Source: a bacterium UBP11_UBA4055
GTDB taxonomy: Bacteria > UBA4055
DNA: 64,000 nt
Assembly (NCBI GenBank): GCA_002382735.1
Contig: DFZN01000059.1
Location: forward strand, 1 to 64,000
Reading direction: 5' to 3'
A program made the translations under genes and the position numbers. The notes under the pieces are model-generated. The model was given only the letters and a program-made list of their open reading frames with translations, searched no databases and was not told where the DNA came from. Shown piece after piece: positions 1-9,670 of the stretch (position 1 is the stretch's first letter; each line of letters starts with the position of its first letter).

Positions 1-1307
1 TCACCGTATAGGTATTTGTTCTCTACTGCAAGATCCATTGAGTAATGTGCGAATTGAAGTGACATGCCTGCTGCTGAAGAATAAAAAGACTGCCCTCCCA
101 AAGTAATACCGCTCCTAAGTCTGAACCAGCTCGCAGAATTATGAAACCATTCAAAACCTGTTGAAAATCTGGGAATATATGTGGAATAAAGTCTGTCTGA
201 GAAGCCCTGAATATATGACGATGTCCAGAAAAAATTCTGATTTTTGGGAAAAAGTTTCCATACATAATCGAGTTTCATTTCGACAGGCAGTGAAGTATAG
301 AAATTTCCTATATTTTCGGAGTTTTCATTTTCGGTGAACAACGAATCGTTCCCTTCCAGATCGCTTATTAAAATTCCGTCCATAATGTACTGGTATTTGT
401 AGATTCTGTTGCTCTTGTACCAGTTTATCACGGAATATAAATTATTGAATGTGAGCCCGATCTTCATATTCCCGTTATGTGACAATACACCGGAAAAACC
501 CAGGTCCGACCCAAAACCCATTCCCGCTTCAGAAACTAATATCTCGAACTCTCCTTTTACTACTGTTGACCCTTCGGTGACGCTGCCTGTTGAAATATAA
601 GAATCAATATTTTTCAGTTTTAAATAAGCCGGTCGTAATTTAGTATCACTGCCTTCTTCAAGATCGTCCATCTCTACTCCGGAAGCAGAATGAATGAACC
701 TCAATGTTCCGCCTATTGAAAATTCTTTAAAATACCTGTCTAACCAGGTTTGTTTCACCGGTGCCGCATAAGACATGCCAAAAGAATAAAAGTTCAAAAC
801 TTCAGCGTCAAGTTCTTCCGCATCATATACCTTTCCTAATTCTGAGCCTTTAAGAATAAATTCAAGGAAATCTTCAGGTATGGAAATGTTCTGAATCGAG
901 TTTACCCCAAATGACCAGCCCCTATTGTTTTGGGTAAGACTTATTAAGTCCATACTGACACGGTTTTGTAATCTCCATTTCCCGTTAAGCTGGTCTAAAA
1001 TTCTATTAATATCTGCCGTTGACCACGAATTATCCCCACCTTCTGAAAAATAATCGTTATAAACACTCACAGAAAAAGAATTTTCTGCCATTAAGCTAAA
1101 ATTAGGGAAAGGAAGAAACGCTAAAGTCATTGAAGCGTTAACATTATCTGATAATCCCAGATTGGAGGGATTGTTATTTATAGCATCAATCCCCGCAAGA
1201 ATCGATCCGTTACTCCACGAAGCACCCATAATTTTTGGATTATTTTCGGCGGCGCTTAATTTTAAAATGATAATCAGTGTAAAGAAAAATATATAACCTT
1301 TCATCAT
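1..1307 (-). CDS. Partial CDS (N-terminal >=435 aa; runs off the left edge) encoding a secreted hypothetical protein
   Basis: The minus-strand frame is open from ATG at 1307 down to nt 3. I translated it by hand as MMKGYIFFFTLIIILKLSAAENNPK..., which has a signal-peptide-like N-terminus. The ORF track omits it because no stop lies inside the window. The start is 3 nt from the stop of the upstream gene, suggesting translational coupling. Confidence 0.5.
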   Translation of the reverse strand, partial: MMKGYIFFFTLIIILKLSAAENNPKIMGASWSNGSILAGIDAINNNPSNLGLSDNVNASMTLAFLPFPNFSLMAENSFSVSVYNDYFSEGGDNSWSTADINRILDQLNGKWRLQNRVSMDLISLTQNNRGWSFGVNSIQNISIPEDFLEFILKGSELGKVYDAEELDAEVLNFYSFGMSYAAPVKQTWLDRYFKEFSIGGTLRFIHSASGVEMDDLEEGSDTKLRPAYLKLKNIDSYISTGSVTEGSTVVKGEFEILVSEAGMGFGSDLGFSGVLSHNGNMKIGLTFNNLYSVINWYKSNRIYKYQYIMDGILISDLEGNDSLFTENENSENIGNFYTSLPVEMKLDYVWKLFPKNQNFFWTSSYIQGFSDRLYSTYIPRFSTGFEWFHNSASWFRLRSGITLGGQSFYSSAAGMSLQFAHYSMDLAVENKYLYG

Positions 1308-1310
1308 TTG

Positions 1311-1898
1311 CTACTCACCATCAATTTTTATGACAAAGTGCCCGTATATCGAAACTCTGGATTCAATGTAATCATTTTCACCCAGTACCGGCGCACCTCC
1401 TTCGGATAACCTTAAAGTGCTTTTTAGATAAGAGTCATTTTGAAGCAGCATATCAATAACATCCCCGTCCAAGGTTAATCCTTCGCTGTCGATCTGGAGA
1501 TCCGGATTTTCAGCGATGACTGCGGGATCGTTAAGAAAATAGCCGTCCGTACCTGCGGGATTTTGGATCACCCATATTTTTATAAGCGTCTTGATATCTC
1601 CCGAAAGATCGCCGGAAAATGTAGTATCGGCAGCGGCATTCACCTCAAAAAGGACTTTTGAATACTCCGTCTGATTATTGATAAACGCATTTATCTTTAT
1701 GCTCTTGACTTCCACAACGGTCGCGTCGCTTCCTATAAGCGCATCAACCTGCTTGAGATCATCTGATTCATACCTGTCATTCTCGAAAGAAATACTTAAT
1801 TTGTAATCCTCGATCGTGAAACTGTCTGCCGGTTCGCCGGGCATTGAGCAGGATACTACAATAAAAAATGCCGCTATCAAAGCCAGTCGGATCCTCAT
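1311..1898 (-). CDS. Hypothetical lipoprotein (195 aa)
   Basis: Signal peptide with a lipobox-like FFIVVSCS motif. No recognisable catalytic motif. Sits in tandem between two secreted-protein genes. Confidence 0.5.
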   Translation of the reverse strand: MRIRLALIAAFFIVVSCSMPGEPADSFTIEDYKLSISFENDRYESDDLKQVDALIGSDATVVEVKSIKINAFINNQTEYSKVLFEVNAAADTTFSGDLSGDIKTLIKIWVIQNPAGTDGYFLNDPAVIAENPDLQIDSEGLTLDGDVIDMLLQNDSYLKSTLRLSEGGAPVLGENDYIESRVSIYGHFVIKIDGE

Positions 1899-1940
1899 TT
1901 AAAACCTCCGCCAGTTTCTATTTTGAATGGTTCAGCGTTT

Positions 1941-3344
1941 TCATTTCATCAGGATCATTTTTCGGGTAAGTGACATTCCGTTAGCTTCAAGAGTATAATA
2001 ATAAATTCCGGAATTTAAACTTGAACCGTCAAATTCAACTGAATGGGTCCCTGCAAATAAAGATGAGTTAATTTCCGAGACCTTTTGCCCGGCCGCATTG
2101 TAGATTGTCAGATTCACTTTTGACTCTTCAGGCAGCGCGAACTTTATCTGAGTTACAGGATTAAACGGATTCGGATAATTCTGCTCCAGTTCAAATTTTT
2201 CGGGTATCGGTCCGACGCTTTCAATACCCGACAACATATCAACAAACCTTCCGTAAACATCGCCGTCCGACAGAGTCGAATCTATTTTCGATGCAAAAAC
2301 CGCATAATGGCTTCCTCCAAAACCCACGCCGCCCATAGGAATTTTCTCACCGGAAGATTCAAAAATAACAGCCGGCTCACTTACTGCGACACCGTCCTTA
2401 TCAAAAAACCTTCCCATCAACGAGCCGTTGGAAAATTGTGTCCATGTTATAAAATAATTTGTACCGTCAAAAGCAACCCATGGTATCATCGGGTCATTTA
2501 TCGGTTCGCAAATTGTAAAAGGATCTTGAACTATTCCTGCAGTTGTTATAAAACTACCTGCCAATGTCCATGGGGAATCATAATCAGGTGCTTCATGAAA
2601 AGTCAATAAATATCTTGTACCGTCAAATGCAAGGCTTGTTGGATTATCACTATAATACGGCCCATTATCTATCACAAAATTTGATCCGACCAGTGAACCT
2701 GTACTGCTTACGAATTGTCCGCTAATATCTTTATCTCTTTCAGCAATTACAACGACCCATGCAACAAGATAATTTGAACCGTCGAACGCAATTGAGACTT
2801 CGCGGGAATAATTATTACTGATCTGAAATTCTGCACCGATCAAGTTTCCGCTTTTGTCAATCATCTGTCCGTATAAATGCTCATCGGTCTTGACAAAAAC
2901 TGCCAAGAACGAATTTGAACCGTAAATTATTTTATATGTCATTTCCCTTTCTATCGACACATCGGTACTGATTGAGAAGGGGCTGCCTGTCAGGTTTCCG
3001 GAAGTATTAATATACTGTCCTTTGAGTTCGCCGGTTAATTCGCACCAGATCAACAGATAGTTTGTCCCGTCGAATGCCGCCGCCGGCCATTTACCCTCTG
3101 AGTTTAATGTGATTCTCTCACCCACCAGTGATCCCGGATATGATATCAACTGCGCATTGACTGCTTTCGAACTGACAGAATTCCCTGATAAACAAAGTAA
3201 AAAATTCTCGCCGCCAAACGCTGCCCCGCTACAGAATGTAGAATCAGTACCGACAGCGATCTCGAATTCCTGCGCATTCAAACTGAATGCTGCCAAAATC
3301 ATAATTGACAACACCGCCATGCTTTTTACATTAACCCTGAACAT
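1941..3344 (-). CDS. T9SS C-terminal-sorting-domain secreted protein with a 5-6 bladed propeller-like repeat region
   Basis: The C-terminal roughly 80 aa (NYPNPFNPVTQIKFALPEESKVNLTIYNAAGQKV...GIYYYTLEANG) match the Por secretion tail pattern. An internal repeat recurs about every 45 aa (AFDGTNYLLIW, AFDGSNYLVAW, LAFDGTRYLLTF, VAFDGTNYFITW, GFGGSHYAVF). The likely start is the internal Met at 3344, preceded by GGGAGG, giving MFRVNVKSMAVLSIMILAAFSLNAQ as the signal peptide. Confidence 0.65.
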   Translation of the reverse strand: MFRVNVKSMAVLSIMILAAFSLNAQEFEIAVGTDSTFCSGAAFGGENFLLCLSGNSVSSKAVNAQLISYPGSLVGERITLNSEGKWPAAAFDGTNYLLIWCELTGELKGQYINTSGNLTGSPFSISTDVSIEREMTYKIIYGSNSFLAVFVKTDEHLYGQMIDKSGNLIGAEFQISNNYSREVSIAFDGSNYLVAWVVVIAERDKDISGQFVSSTGSLVGSNFVIDNGPYYSDNPTSLAFDGTRYLLTFHEAPDYDSPWTLAGSFITTAGIVQDPFTICEPINDPMIPWVAFDGTNYFITWTQFSNGSLMGRFFDKDGVAVSEPAVIFESSGEKIPMGGVGFGGSHYAVFASKIDSTLSDGDVYGRFVDMLSGIESVGPIPEKFELEQNYPNPFNPVTQIKFALPEESKVNLTIYNAAGQKVSEINSSLFAGTHSVEFDGSSLNSGIYYYTLEANGMSLTRKMILMK

Positions 3345-3428
3345 TACAGACCTCCCTGTTATTATGTGCTTCATTTTTTTACATATTACTTGTGTAATTT
3401 GCTAAATTATTCCCGTTTTGTCAAGTAT

Positions 3429-3453
3429 AAAAAAGGGAGCAAAATTGCCCCCT
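3429..3453 (-). terminator. Rho-independent terminator after the PKD-lipoprotein gene
   Basis: The minus-strand RNA reads GGGGGCA-AUUUU-UGCUCCC followed by a U-run. It is near-identical to the terminator at 5524-5551. Confidence 0.55.
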
Positions 3454-3476
3454 TTGTGCGTGATATGCTACGATCT

Positions 3477-5426
3477 TTATTTACTCGGCCTTCTGGATTT
3501 AAGATAATTAATCCTGTCTTTCAATGGTCTGGTATTAACTAACTTCTTAATGAAAGTTCCGTCCCCTTCCTTACTAGGAATAGGCATAGGATCGATCATT
3601 TTATATAGCCCGCCGGTATAATAATACCACGGTTCAAAACATTCCATGATCTCAGAAAGATTACCTGTACCGGCCTGGTACGCATACTGATATTCTTCTT
3701 CAGGATCAAACGAAGACGACACATCGTCCCACTCATAGAAGAACTCATCTGAAAGGTTTCCGTATGTGTCGTAACCGAAAGTCGCCTTTTCATTTTTAAT
3801 CCAGACTGATGCATTGTTTTGCAAATTTATATTTTCGATCAATTTATCACCTGAGTAGGCATATTTCGTGCTGTCTTCCCAATAATTATACTCGCTGAAA
3901 CCACCATAAGTATGTTCGCTGGCGATCAGATTATTAACATAAGAATAATCTGAAGTTTCATAATTGAGCCATGTATTTCCGCCATCTTCAGTGTAAGAAG
4001 TTATCATTTTAATCGCTAAGTTTCCGCTATAGATGACTTTAAATTTCGCGAAATCATCGAAAAACACTTCATCCAGTTTGCCGTTAAGATAAGTGAATGT
4101 CTCCTCTTCCTGCCCTACTAATGTGCCGTATTCATATTCTGAAAACTGCGTTTGAGTCATAAGTTCTCCGGAATATAAGCAATCAGCGACACCCTTCCAC
4201 TCTTCGTTCCCATAGTCGTCATATTCAATTTCAGTTATTTTTGTCGGTTTACCGCCTGTATCGTATTCCAACAGAATCTCATAAGAAAGTGTCTCCTGTT
4301 TTGCAGGAGGGGTGGTCACGGGTTCTGTCATTCTGTATGGTTTCTTTGTGGTAGTGTTTGCGTAATGCAAATAGGAAGACCTTTGTTCTCCAACAGCTTC
4401 ACGGGAAACTATTCTGTTGTAGCTGTCATAATTATAGGTTGCTGTACTATTCCATTCAGGGTACAAATAATCTGTATAAATCTCCGATACAACTCTCCAA
4501 ACTGAACCGGGGTCAGGAGATGTTACATTTATCTGAATTAATTCGGCATCGCTGAATTCTCCGTCGCTCACTGTACATGTAATTGTATGAGTCGATACAT
4601 TGTTCGGTGCCGTCCATGTTACGCTTGAACCTGTTGTGGAAGACAAAATACCGCCTGTCTTGGTCCATGTATAAGTCAGGTCGTCCCCGTTAGCATCCGT
4701 CGCCGTACATGTGATCTCCGTAGAGCCGCCTGATACCACTGACGAAGGATCCGCAGTAAGACTTGAAATGACCGGCGCGACATTTTCAGCAACGACGATC
4801 GTCACAGATTTTTCCACAGAAGTTCTTACTGTGGGATCGCTTACCTTACATGTTACAATATATGATCCCTCGGCTGCAGGAGCTGTCCACTGCGCGAACT
4901 GGTTCGCTCCGTAAATTGAGCCGCCGATGGAAGTCCATTCGTATGTCAGAACATCACCGTCCGCATCAGTCGCGTTACAGATCAGATTCGTTGTCGTGGA
5001 AGGTTCAATAGAATAATCGGTCGCCGTCAGACTTATTATTACAGGCGGATTTGTAGGAGTTGCCGTAACTTCAATATTAACTCTTTCATTATCTGAAGAG
5101 GGGCCGTCGCTTACATAAACAGTAATTGTGTAGATCCCGACTTCTGCAGGAGCTGTCCATGTTTTTTGCGCCGTCATTATTCCTGAGAATGTCCCGCTTG
5201 TGCAGGTCCAGTTATAACTTAACGCATCTCCGTCTTCGTCTGTAGCATTGCAATACAGGTCCGATGTGCCGCCCGGCGCGACTTGGACAGCCGTGGAAAT
5301 AAGTTCGCTGATAACAGGCGCATTGTTCGTCGGCGGAGCTGTGGGGTTGCTGTCATCATCTGAACATGACCATACCGTTATGCCCAATAATACCGCTAAG
5401 GCCAACGATGTTAAAGTTTTCCTCAT
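3477..5426 (-). CDS. Lipoprotein with four tandem PKD/Ig-like repeats and a C-terminal YD/RHS-like Tyr/Asp-rich region (649 aa)
   Basis: Lipobox LLGITVWSCSDD. Four repeats each carry NATDxDGDxLxYxWT (the PKD signature). The C-terminal 330 aa are rich in YxYD/YDxxGN-like motifs. SD GGAGG lies 7 nt upstream. Confidence 0.7.
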   Translation of the reverse strand: MRKTLTSLALAVLLGITVWSCSDDDSNPTAPPTNNAPVISELISTAVQVAPGGTSDLYCNATDEDGDALSYNWTCTSGTFSGIMTAQKTWTAPAEVGIYTITVYVSDGPSSDNERVNIEVTATPTNPPVIISLTATDYSIEPSTTTNLICNATDADGDVLTYEWTSIGGSIYGANQFAQWTAPAAEGSYIVTCKVSDPTVRTSVEKSVTIVVAENVAPVISSLTADPSSVVSGGSTEITCTATDANGDDLTYTWTKTGGILSSTTGSSVTWTAPNNVSTHTITCTVSDGEFSDAELIQINVTSPDPGSVWRVVSEIYTDYLYPEWNSTATYNYDSYNRIVSREAVGEQRSSYLHYANTTTKKPYRMTEPVTTPPAKQETLSYEILLEYDTGGKPTKITEIEYDDYGNEEWKGVADCLYSGELMTQTQFSEYEYGTLVGQEEETFTYLNGKLDEVFFDDFAKFKVIYSGNLAIKMITSYTEDGGNTWLNYETSDYSYVNNLIASEHTYGGFSEYNYWEDSTKYAYSGDKLIENINLQNNASVWIKNEKATFGYDTYGNLSDEFFYEWDDVSSSFDPEEEYQYAYQAGTGNLSEIMECFEPWYYYTGGLYKMIDPMPIPSKEGDGTFIKKLVNTRPLKDRINYLKSRRPSK

Positions 5427-5523
5427 GATAAACCTCCTCTTTTATTAACTCTTTTCGAATCTGCGTCTTGCTTTTGGTGAATATGTAGGTGTAATCTGTG
5501 GAATTAATTATGGATTGTCAAGT

Positions 5524-5551
5524 GAAAAAAAAGGGAGCAAAAATGCTCCCT
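5524..5551 (-). terminator. Rho-independent terminator after the 5579..6928 gene
   Basis: The minus-strand RNA reads GGGAGCA-UUUUU-UGCUCCC, a perfect 7-bp stem, followed by UUUUUUUU. Confidence 0.7.
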
Positions 5552-5578
5552 TTGTGCGTAAATAGTGAAAATTGATAC

Positions 5579-6928
5579 CTATTCGAACATGTAAACCAGA
5601 CCAAGTGACATGTTGTCTAAAGGCGCTTCATCAAAACTCAAGGAACTAACATCTGTCTGGAATTCGATCTTGAAGTTGCCATTCTGCAGAGCAACACCTG
5701 TAGTAACATTTACTGTCTCGTATGTAGGATCTGTCTCCTCTGTTTCATAATCATTGTTGTCAGTTTCTTCGTCGTCATATTCGCTACCGCCCCAAAGATT
5801 ATCGAAAGTTTTATTAAATCCTCCCCACAGCTGTACTGAATTAAATCCCCACCAAGTCTTAGGGTCGATCTCTTTGATGAGCTCAACACCCATTCTGTAA
5901 GTCGGCAGAAGTGTCATCCTCGATTCGTACCAGTTATTCGTATATGTATTGATCACATTATCTCTTTCCTGAGCAATACTCTGATATCTGAATTCAAAAT
6001 CGTTATAGACTTTTACACCGTCAGCAGGTTTATAGTGAACGCCTGAACCGAGAGTAAAGTTGAAAACCGATCCGCTGAATTCGTCTGCTTCGAATGTTCC
6101 TGATCCAGGAGGGTTCTCGGTATCTTCCGAAGATTCGAAAGAGAAATAATTAAACTTCAAGTAAGGCGCATAGTCAACCTTTGTTCCGGTAACATAGTAT
6201 CTTCCGTTAAGTCCAAAATTCCAAATACCGTCACAGTTTACAATTCCTGCCTCATACTGGTCATCGCCGTCAACAGTATATTCTGAATCGAAACTCCAAA
6301 AATCGAGATTCATGCTGGCGTCTATGAAGTGGTTATCATCAAGTATCATAGTTCCGCCCCAGGTTGTCTCAAGCCCCCAGAAGCTGTTATTCCAGTCGTA
6401 ATCATTTCCTAAAGTATCATCATCATAATCCTCTTCTTCAGCATTTCCGTTAGAATACATTTTGAGTCCGAGACCGAGAAGCAGGTTGTCTCTTAGACCT
6501 AAAGCGAAATAAGAATTGATTCTGTTCGTGGACTCATAAGCTCCTCCCCACCAGCCGTCAGGGTCGTAATCATTTGCTGCTCCCCAGTCAAGTCCGACAT
6601 GATCGAACACATCGTTTACAGTAACCATTGAGTTCTGCTCTGCCGAGATCTGCCATGCCATCGGCTTCGGGAGGCTCAGGAAGTTGTTCAGGTTGAATCT
6701 TACGAGACCCCAGACATTCCCGTTCGCTCTGCCAAGCCATGCTCCTTCCTGACCGGTAAGTATCCTCTGCGGGAAGTCTGCGTAGTTCGATGTTTCAATG
6801 AGCGAGTAAACTCCGCCCATTGCGTTGACTCTCAGGTTGGGGACTTCATTTGTGAGTCCTTCCTGAAACTGTGCGTTGGCGAGTGAGAACATCGCCAGAA
6901 TTCCCAGAATTGCAAATATCTTTTTCAT
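5579..6928 (-). CDS. Secreted acidic Gly/Trp/Asp-rich hypothetical protein (outer-membrane-like)
   Basis: Signal peptide MKKIFAILGILAMFSLANAQ. Rich in W, G and D with alternating hydrophobic segments. SD AAGGAG precedes the ATG at 6928; the ORF track used GTG at 6934. Confidence 0.5.
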   Translation of the reverse strand: MKKIFAILGILAMFSLANAQFQEGLTNEVPNLRVNAMGGVYSLIETSNYADFPQRILTGQEGAWLGRANGNVWGLVRFNLNNFLSLPKPMAWQISAEQNSMVTVNDVFDHVGLDWGAANDYDPDGWWGGAYESTNRINSYFALGLRDNLLLGLGLKMYSNGNAEEEDYDDDTLGNDYDWNNSFWGLETTWGGTMILDDNHFIDASMNLDFWSFDSEYTVDGDDQYEAGIVNCDGIWNFGLNGRYYVTGTKVDYAPYLKFNYFSFESSEDTENPPGSGTFEADEFSGSVFNFTLGSGVHYKPADGVKVYNDFEFRYQSIAQERDNVINTYTNNWYESRMTLLPTYRMGVELIKEIDPKTWWGFNSVQLWGGFNKTFDNLWGGSEYDDEETDNNDYETEETDPTYETVNVTTGVALQNGNFKIEFQTDVSSLSFDEAPLDNMSLGLVYMFE

Positions 6929-7042
6929 TTCCACTCCTTTTTTAAATTGACATTTTAGGCATAAAATTTACATGTCAACCGTAAATTAATAAATTCTTAA
7001 GGCAAAGTCAAGCTTTTATTCACAAATTATTCACAAAAGAAA

Positions 7043-7537
7043 TTACATGAACTTATAGCCGACCCTTATGCCGAAGTGGTTCGCAGAATCACCGTCTGTC
7101 TGAACCGAATTAAAGAAAGCCGAAAAGTCGAATTTCTCATGCACATATCCGCCTCCGAAAGCGAAAGTCAGCTCTGTCTCATCAGCTTCATCTCCGTCCC
7201 AGTCAACAGTAAACACTGTAAAACCCATTTCAAACAGCCCGTATAACTTGTTCGGGAATTTGTACCTGCCGCCGAACATGAAGGGTATCTCTGAAAAACT
7301 CCAGTCGTCATCCTCACCGGAGATGTAGATATAACCGAGCCTGCCTGTAATATCGATCTCAGGTTTTACGGGATAATAAAGCTTACCTGATATTCCGATG
7401 CCCATACCGGCCGCATCTGCAAAATCTCCCATCGGCAGGGCAAGCTCAACTCCTCCGTCCCACGATACCTGTTTACTTTCCTGAGCAAAGCTCACTGCCA
7501 CAGCGATCATAACGGCGAATAAAACGATCTTCTTCAT
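7043..7537 (-). CDS. Small outer-membrane beta-barrel-like protein (164 aa)
   Basis: Signal peptide MKKIVLFAVMIAVAVSFAQE. Alternating aromatic/Gly strands and a C-terminal YKFM. OmpW/OmpA-barrel-like composition. Confidence 0.5.
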   Translation of the reverse strand: MKKIVLFAVMIAVAVSFAQESKQVSWDGGVELALPMGDFADAAGMGIGISGKLYYPVKPEIDITGRLGYIYISGEDDDWSFSEIPFMFGGRYKFPNKLYGLFEMGFTVFTVDWDGDEADETELTFAFGGGYVHEKFDFSAFFNSVQTDGDSANHFGIRVGYKFM

Positions 7538-7614
7538 GAAATTTCTCCTCTTAAAGATTTAATTTTGTGGTGAATGGTAACAAATTTTTGATATAAAGTC
7601 AAGAAATATAGCTA

Positions 7615-7645
7615 TAAATAAAAAAACCCCGGAAGGACCGGGGTT
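7615..7645 (-). terminator. Bidirectional rho-independent terminator
   Basis: Stem CCCCGG-aaggaC-CGGGG flanked by an A-run and a T-run. It lies just downstream of the minus-strand gene 7667..8674. Confidence 0.6.
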
Positions 7646-7666
7646 TGTAGCTAAGTCGTAAGCGTT

Positions 7667-8674
7667 TTACTTCAGAAAATCAAATTTGTAAACAGCACCT
7701 AAACCATAAGCAATGCCCATATCAGTATCTTCCATTGACATATCCACTGATAAGCCAAGGTCAGCAAAGATGTTAAGTTCAGGCATCACATAATAATTTC
7801 CTCGCGCGCTGACATTCATTTTCCAGAGCATGTCAAGATATTCACCCGCTGCTGCATCGTAAGTTGAATGCTCAGTATCCAGAATATTAAAATTCAGGTC
7901 AGCTTCAAGATTAAACTTTTCGTTAAAATCTTTTGCGAACATACCACCGATTACAACTTCAGTATCTTTGTCAGCAGCATCCTCGTTCAGCTGTGTGATG
8001 AAGCTAAGGTAAGGCTTGATCATCATGTTGCCTTCCATCTGGTGAGCGTAGCATCCCTTTACACCGAAATACATTGGCAGATCATCTGTATCTTCACCAT
8101 CAACAGACTCCAATACGCCCATTTCGAAAACTCCGTAGATAGCCATACCTTTTTCGAATTCATCCCATGGTGTAAGACCATGCTGTTCGATCTCTCTGTT
8201 GTCAAAACCGAAATTTACCCACATGTCAAGTACTTGAACTCCGTAAGCATCCGCATCTTCGTCTTGCTCTGTAAGGTTTACATATGTAAAAGGCAAGCCA
8301 AGCTTAACGAAGAGATTATTGGGCAAATATGCTTTTGCCATCGGTTCTAGAGCTATATACATTGCTTTGGCAAAAACATCTCCGTTTGGTGGCGCATCTC
8401 CGTCGTATGTGTATTTTGACATCATGTACCCTGCGTCTGCATGAAGGTAAAGCTTGAACATATCGTTGGGTTTCGCCTCAAACTGGTAATTCACATTCGG
8501 CACTGTAAAATTCATGAATTGGACTTTAGAATCGTATGCCCACATTCCGTACATTGGTGAATATGAACCCATGCTAAAATCAGCACCCGCGAGAACTTCA
8601 TTTTTTGTGATCTCCATCTGTGAAAACGCCATCGCTGCGATCATTATCATCGCGATTGTAAGAGTTTTTTTCAT
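7667..8674 (-). CDS. Secreted hypothetical protein, outer-membrane-like (335 aa)
   Basis: Signal peptide MKKTLTIAMIMIAAMAFSQ. Acidic, with aromatic-rich amphipathic strands. Its own promoter and terminator are present. Confidence 0.5.
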   Translation of the reverse strand: MKKTLTIAMIMIAAMAFSQMEITKNEVLAGADFSMGSYSPMYGMWAYDSKVQFMNFTVPNVNYQFEAKPNDMFKLYLHADAGYMMSKYTYDGDAPPNGDVFAKAMYIALEPMAKAYLPNNLFVKLGLPFTYVNLTEQDEDADAYGVQVLDMWVNFGFDNREIEQHGLTPWDEFEKGMAIYGVFEMGVLESVDGEDTDDLPMYFGVKGCYAHQMEGNMMIKPYLSFITQLNEDAADKDTEVVIGGMFAKDFNEKFNLEADLNFNILDTEHSTYDAAAGEYLDMLWKMNVSARGNYYVMPELNIFADLGLSVDMSMEDTDMGIAYGLGAVYKFDFLK

Positions 8675-8787
8675 CTTTTCTCCCTTTTTAATTAGTGTTC
8701 CGTTTTTTTATCAAGGCCGTGTTTTTATTGTCATTTCATCAATTGCAAATCCTCTCCATAAACTGTTCACATTTTTTCATTAAGAGT

Positions 8788-8816
8788 ATTTTACTACATA
8801 AAAAAGGCTTTGTCAA
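8788..8816 (-). promoter_or_regulatory. Sigma70-type promoter (TTGACA-N17-TAAAAT) for the 7667..8674 gene
   Basis: On the minus strand the sequence reads TTGACAAAGCCTTTTTTATGTAGTAAAAT. The -35 is perfect, the spacer is 17 nt, and the -10 matches 5/6. The 5'UTR is about 110 nt. Confidence 0.5.
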
Positions 8817-8885
8817 TAGGTAATTTAAAAAAAATTATGCGTATTTGTGCCTGAAGGGTAAAAATATTAGTGTATGAGCTAATTA

Positions 8886-9656
8886 TCATCTCGGATATTT
8901 TATCTTTCCGGCGATCTTTGCGAGTAGCGATTTCGGCAGAAGAAAGGACACGAACCTCAACAGGTTGGTCTGAGATCCGTATATTGAAATATTCTTTCTT
9001 TTCTTCATGTCCCTGACCGCTTTCTCCACTATCTTGACGGGATCTTCGATCTTTAAGTGATTGACTTTCTTCTCTCTGGTCTCAAAGAACTCCGTCTGGG
9101 CAGGACCGGGACAGACCGCCGTTACAGAAATATCCCTTTCTTTCAGCTCTTCTCCGAGAGCGTAAGAAAAATTAAGTATAAAACACTTTGTAGCGGCGTA
9201 AACATTAAAATACGGAAGCGGCGCGAAAGCTGCCGACGACGCCACATTAGCTATCATTGAGCTTTCAGCCATATATTTCAGTAATTTCCTTGTGAGTATC
9301 ACGGGAGCTTTGACATTCACATCTATCATATCGCTGTAGTATTTTTCCTCTCCTTCACTGAACTCTTCGCTACGCCCGAAGCCGGCGTTATTGATGAGGA
9401 CTTTTATGAAAGGGTTTTCTTTTTCAGCCTTGTCCGAGATCAAGTCCAGCCCTTCCTTTGTTGAAAGGTCAGCCTCAATCGGAATACCTTTCACTCTTTC
9501 GAGCTTTGCGGCCAGTTCATCCAGCTTTGCCCCTCTCCTCGCAACAAGCCATATTTCCTCGAGATCGAGATTTTTTTCAAGCTCTTGCGCAAAAAGCCTG
9601 CCGAAGCCTGACGATGCTCCGGTTATTACCGCAACTCTCTTTCTGTCGATCTTCAT
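8886..9656 (-). CDS. SDR-family oxidoreductase
   Basis: TGASSGFG glycine-rich loop, NNAG motif, YAATK catalytic motif, and PG after the active site. Confidence 0.8.
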   Translation of the reverse strand: MKIDRKRVAVITGASSGFGRLFAQELEKNLDLEEIWLVARRGAKLDELAAKLERVKGIPIEADLSTKEGLDLISDKAEKENPFIKVLINNAGFGRSEEFSEGEEKYYSDMIDVNVKAPVILTRKLLKYMAESSMIANVASSAAFAPLPYFNVYAATKCFILNFSYALGEELKERDISVTAVCPGPAQTEFFETREKKVNHLKIEDPVKIVEKAVRDMKKRKNISIYGSQTNLLRFVSFLLPKSLLAKIAGKIKYPR

Positions 9657-9670
9657 ACTTTCCGTTTTTT

